This document shows, piece by piece, positions 62,399 through 64,000 of a stretch of DNA of 64,000 nt (positions are counted from its first letter, which is position 1; every line of letters begins with the position of its first letter). Made by a program: the position numbers and the translations under genes. The stretch is taken from assembly GCA_031285625.1 (NCBI GenBank), contig JAITVV010000092.1, forward strand, positions 96,001 to 160,000, read 5' to 3'. The stretch comes from Prevotella sp. Its GTDB lineage: Bacteria; Bacteroidota; Bacteroidia; Bacteroidales; Dysgonomonadaceae. Below the pieces are notes generated by a model that searched no databases, was not told the DNA's origin, and saw only the letters and a program-made list of their open reading frames with translations.

Positions 62399-63151
62399 AT
62401 GAGAGAAAAGAGGGATTTAAATCTGGCAGTACTGATTGATGCAGATAATGTACCGTATTCTAATATAAAAGGTATGCTGGATGAAATAGCCAAAATAGGT
62501 GTACCAACAATAAAACGTATTTATGGAGATTGGACAAAGCCAACAGTTTCGGGATGGAAGCAGCCGTTACTGGAGCATGCAATCACTCCGATACAACAAT
62601 ATAGCTACACTACGGGAAAAAATGCGACCGATTCTGCAATGATTATTGATGCCATGGATATTCTGCATAGTGACAAAGTAGATGGATTCTGTCTGGTTTC
62701 CAGTGATAGTGACTTTACCCGACTGGCAGTAAGACTCAGGGAATCTGGTATGCAGGTGATCGGTATAGGAGAGAAAAAGACGCCGAATCCATTCATTGTA
62801 GCCTGTGATAAGTTCATCTATATTGAAATTATCGGTGATTCTGAGGATCAGCAGGATACAACAACTTCTGCAACAAAGAAAGATAAAGAAAAGAATATAG
62901 AGCCTGTAAATAAAAAACTTATCAATCTGTTAAAGAGCACAGTGCGTGATCTTGCCGACGATGACGGCTGGGCCTATCTGGGAGATATAGGTAATCTCAT
63001 TATTAAAAAGCGCCCCGATTTTGATTCCCGTAACTATGGTTTCTCCAAGCTTGCAGCTTTAGTAAAGGCGCAAAAGAAGGTATTTGAGATAGATGAACGA
63101 AAGACTGAAAAAGGACACTCGCAATTGGTATATGTGAAAATTAAGGAGTAG
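62399..63151 (+). CDS. NYN (LabA/DUF88) ribonuclease with OST-HTH/LOTUS domain
   Basis: VLIDADN, GKNATD, IDAMD, SSDSDF; C-terminal PDFDSRNYGFSKL. Confidence 0.92.
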   Translation: MREKRDLNLAVLIDADNVPYSNIKGMLDEIAKIGVPTIKRIYGDWTKPTVSGWKQPLLEHAITPIQQYSYTTGKNATDSAMIIDAMDILHSDKVDGFCLVSSDSDFTRLAVRLRESGMQVIGIGEKKTPNPFIVACDKFIYIEIIGDSEDQQDTTTSATKKDKEKNIEPVNKKLINLLKSTVRDLADDDGWAYLGDIGNLIIKKRPDFDSRNYGFSKLAALVKAQKKVFEIDERKTEKGHSQLVYVKIKE

Positions 63152-63152
63152 C

Positions 63153-63848
63153 TCAACCTGCTCCATTTATACAATAAAGCAGGATTTTTCCCTCTTTATT
63201 CTTTCGTATATAATATATTTCAGAAAATTCGGTGATACTTTCTTTTGGGTCTCCACTGTTATAGCTCAAATGATAATTTGAAATATACTCTCCTTGGTAT
63301 TCCTCTCCGGTAAAGAGATGGATAGAGTGTATATAGCCATCGGATGTTTTTAGGGTCGGATTATATGCCTTGTCTTTTATTGCTTTATCAAAATCATATT
63401 TAACTAATAATTGTATAAACTCCTTATCAAAGATTTTACTTGCATTCTCAATAAAGTCCTCTCTATAGAATTTACCATCTTTGCTATTAGCTAGTGCCAC
63501 CTGTTCATCAGTATAATCCGGCGCATAAACTTTAAATCGAAAAACATCCCCAAATAAGGGATATTGTACCATGTCGGCCAGTTTATGATAATCTTTTTTT
63601 AAGAGGTTCTTTTTGAACTCTTTCCAAAAACTGATTTGTTCTTCAGCACTCATTATTTCTGTGGAAGTCATCTCCTTATAAGGATCGTCCTGAATATCTT
63701 TCCGTATAGTAGTTTCGGATATTATAGAATCAGTCAATGATACCACTGAGTCAATTTTTTCAACGGGAGCTGCTTTACTTGTATTGCTCGTACATGAAAA
63801 ACAAATCGCTGAAAATAGTATGAAAGAGAAATAAATCAGTTTGTTCAT
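63153..63848 (-). CDS. Hypothetical lipoprotein
   Basis: Lipobox CFSC; FWKEFK..LADMVQYPL. Confidence 0.7.
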   Translation of the reverse strand: MNKLIYFSFILFSAICFSCTSNTSKAAPVEKIDSVVSLTDSIISETTIRKDIQDDPYKEMTSTEIMSAEEQISFWKEFKKNLLKKDYHKLADMVQYPLFGDVFRFKVYAPDYTDEQVALANSKDGKFYREDFIENASKIFDKEFIQLLVKYDFDKAIKDKAYNPTLKTSDGYIHSIHLFTGEEYQGEYISNYHLSYNSGDPKESITEFSEIYYIRKNKEGKILLYCINGAG

Positions 63849-63883
63849 ATGTTTGTAAAGTATGTCTGTATAAAGATAGATAA

Positions 63884-63918
63884 AATCAGAGCTGAAATAT
63901 TACATTTCAACTCTGATT
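63884..63918 (-). terminator. Hairpin terminator downstream of the small Y-like RNA
   Basis: AATCAGAGCTGAAAT / ATTTCAACTCTGATT inverted repeat. Confidence 0.65.
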
Positions 63919-63932
63919 ATTAAAAAAATCTT

Positions 63933-64000
63933 GTGAAGTAACTATCACAAAGAGGCTAGCAAATTTTAAGTCCGAAGGAACTCTATGCTACGACACTCAC
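63933..64000 (-). ncRNA. Second, minimal Y-RNA-like ncRNA (5' end may extend past the window)
   Basis: GUGAGUGUCGUAGCAUAGAGUUCCUUCG...CUCUUUGUGAUAGUUACUUCAC; same end-pairing architecture as 58759-58973. Confidence 0.55.

Noticed and set aside
63955-63985. SRP RNA (AAGTCCGAAGGAAC resembles the SRP helix 8 motif)
   Set aside because: It lacks the CAGG...AGCAG signature; the minus-strand reading matches the 58.9-kb RNA far better

Overview
Low-GC Bacteroidota (Bacteroidales, Dysgonomonas-like) chromosomal window, inferred from TAnnTTTG -7 promoters, the ileS-dksA-lspA-DUF4296 block and 'QVTIGS...ALLDLKE' secreted proteins. Housekeeping genes (rluA-type, corA, tricorn protease, rdgB, fabD, rfbD, prfC, ileS, lspA) are interleaved with an unusually complete nucleic-acid and ADP-ribose damage-response apparatus. 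(i) A predicted NrtR regulon is marked by six 21-bp GT-N7-AC palindromes in three pairs. They lie upstream of a bacterial PARG, of a vWA + divergent PurA-like + TBDR-pnuC-nadR cluster, and of a 13-gene nrtR operon (J-domain pseudokinase, 2 NADARs, 3 ADP-ribosylglycohydrolases, SCO6735-type macrodomain, DUF4291, Tpt1). (ii) A WYL regulator has a candidate second operator shared with a Hen1-Rnl-Pnkp1 RNA repair operon. (iii) A second RNA ligase + HD-Pnk pair sits behind a possible leader-peptide attenuator. (iv) Two unannotated minus-strand ncRNAs (about 215 nt and at least 68 nt) share a terminal stem resembling bacterial Y RNAs, predicting a Ro60 gene nearby. The least explained parts are the co-regulated vWA / PurA-like / J-pseudokinase trio and the Y-like RNA with a large non-tRNA-like domain. 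All family calls come from motif recognition by eye; no searches were run.
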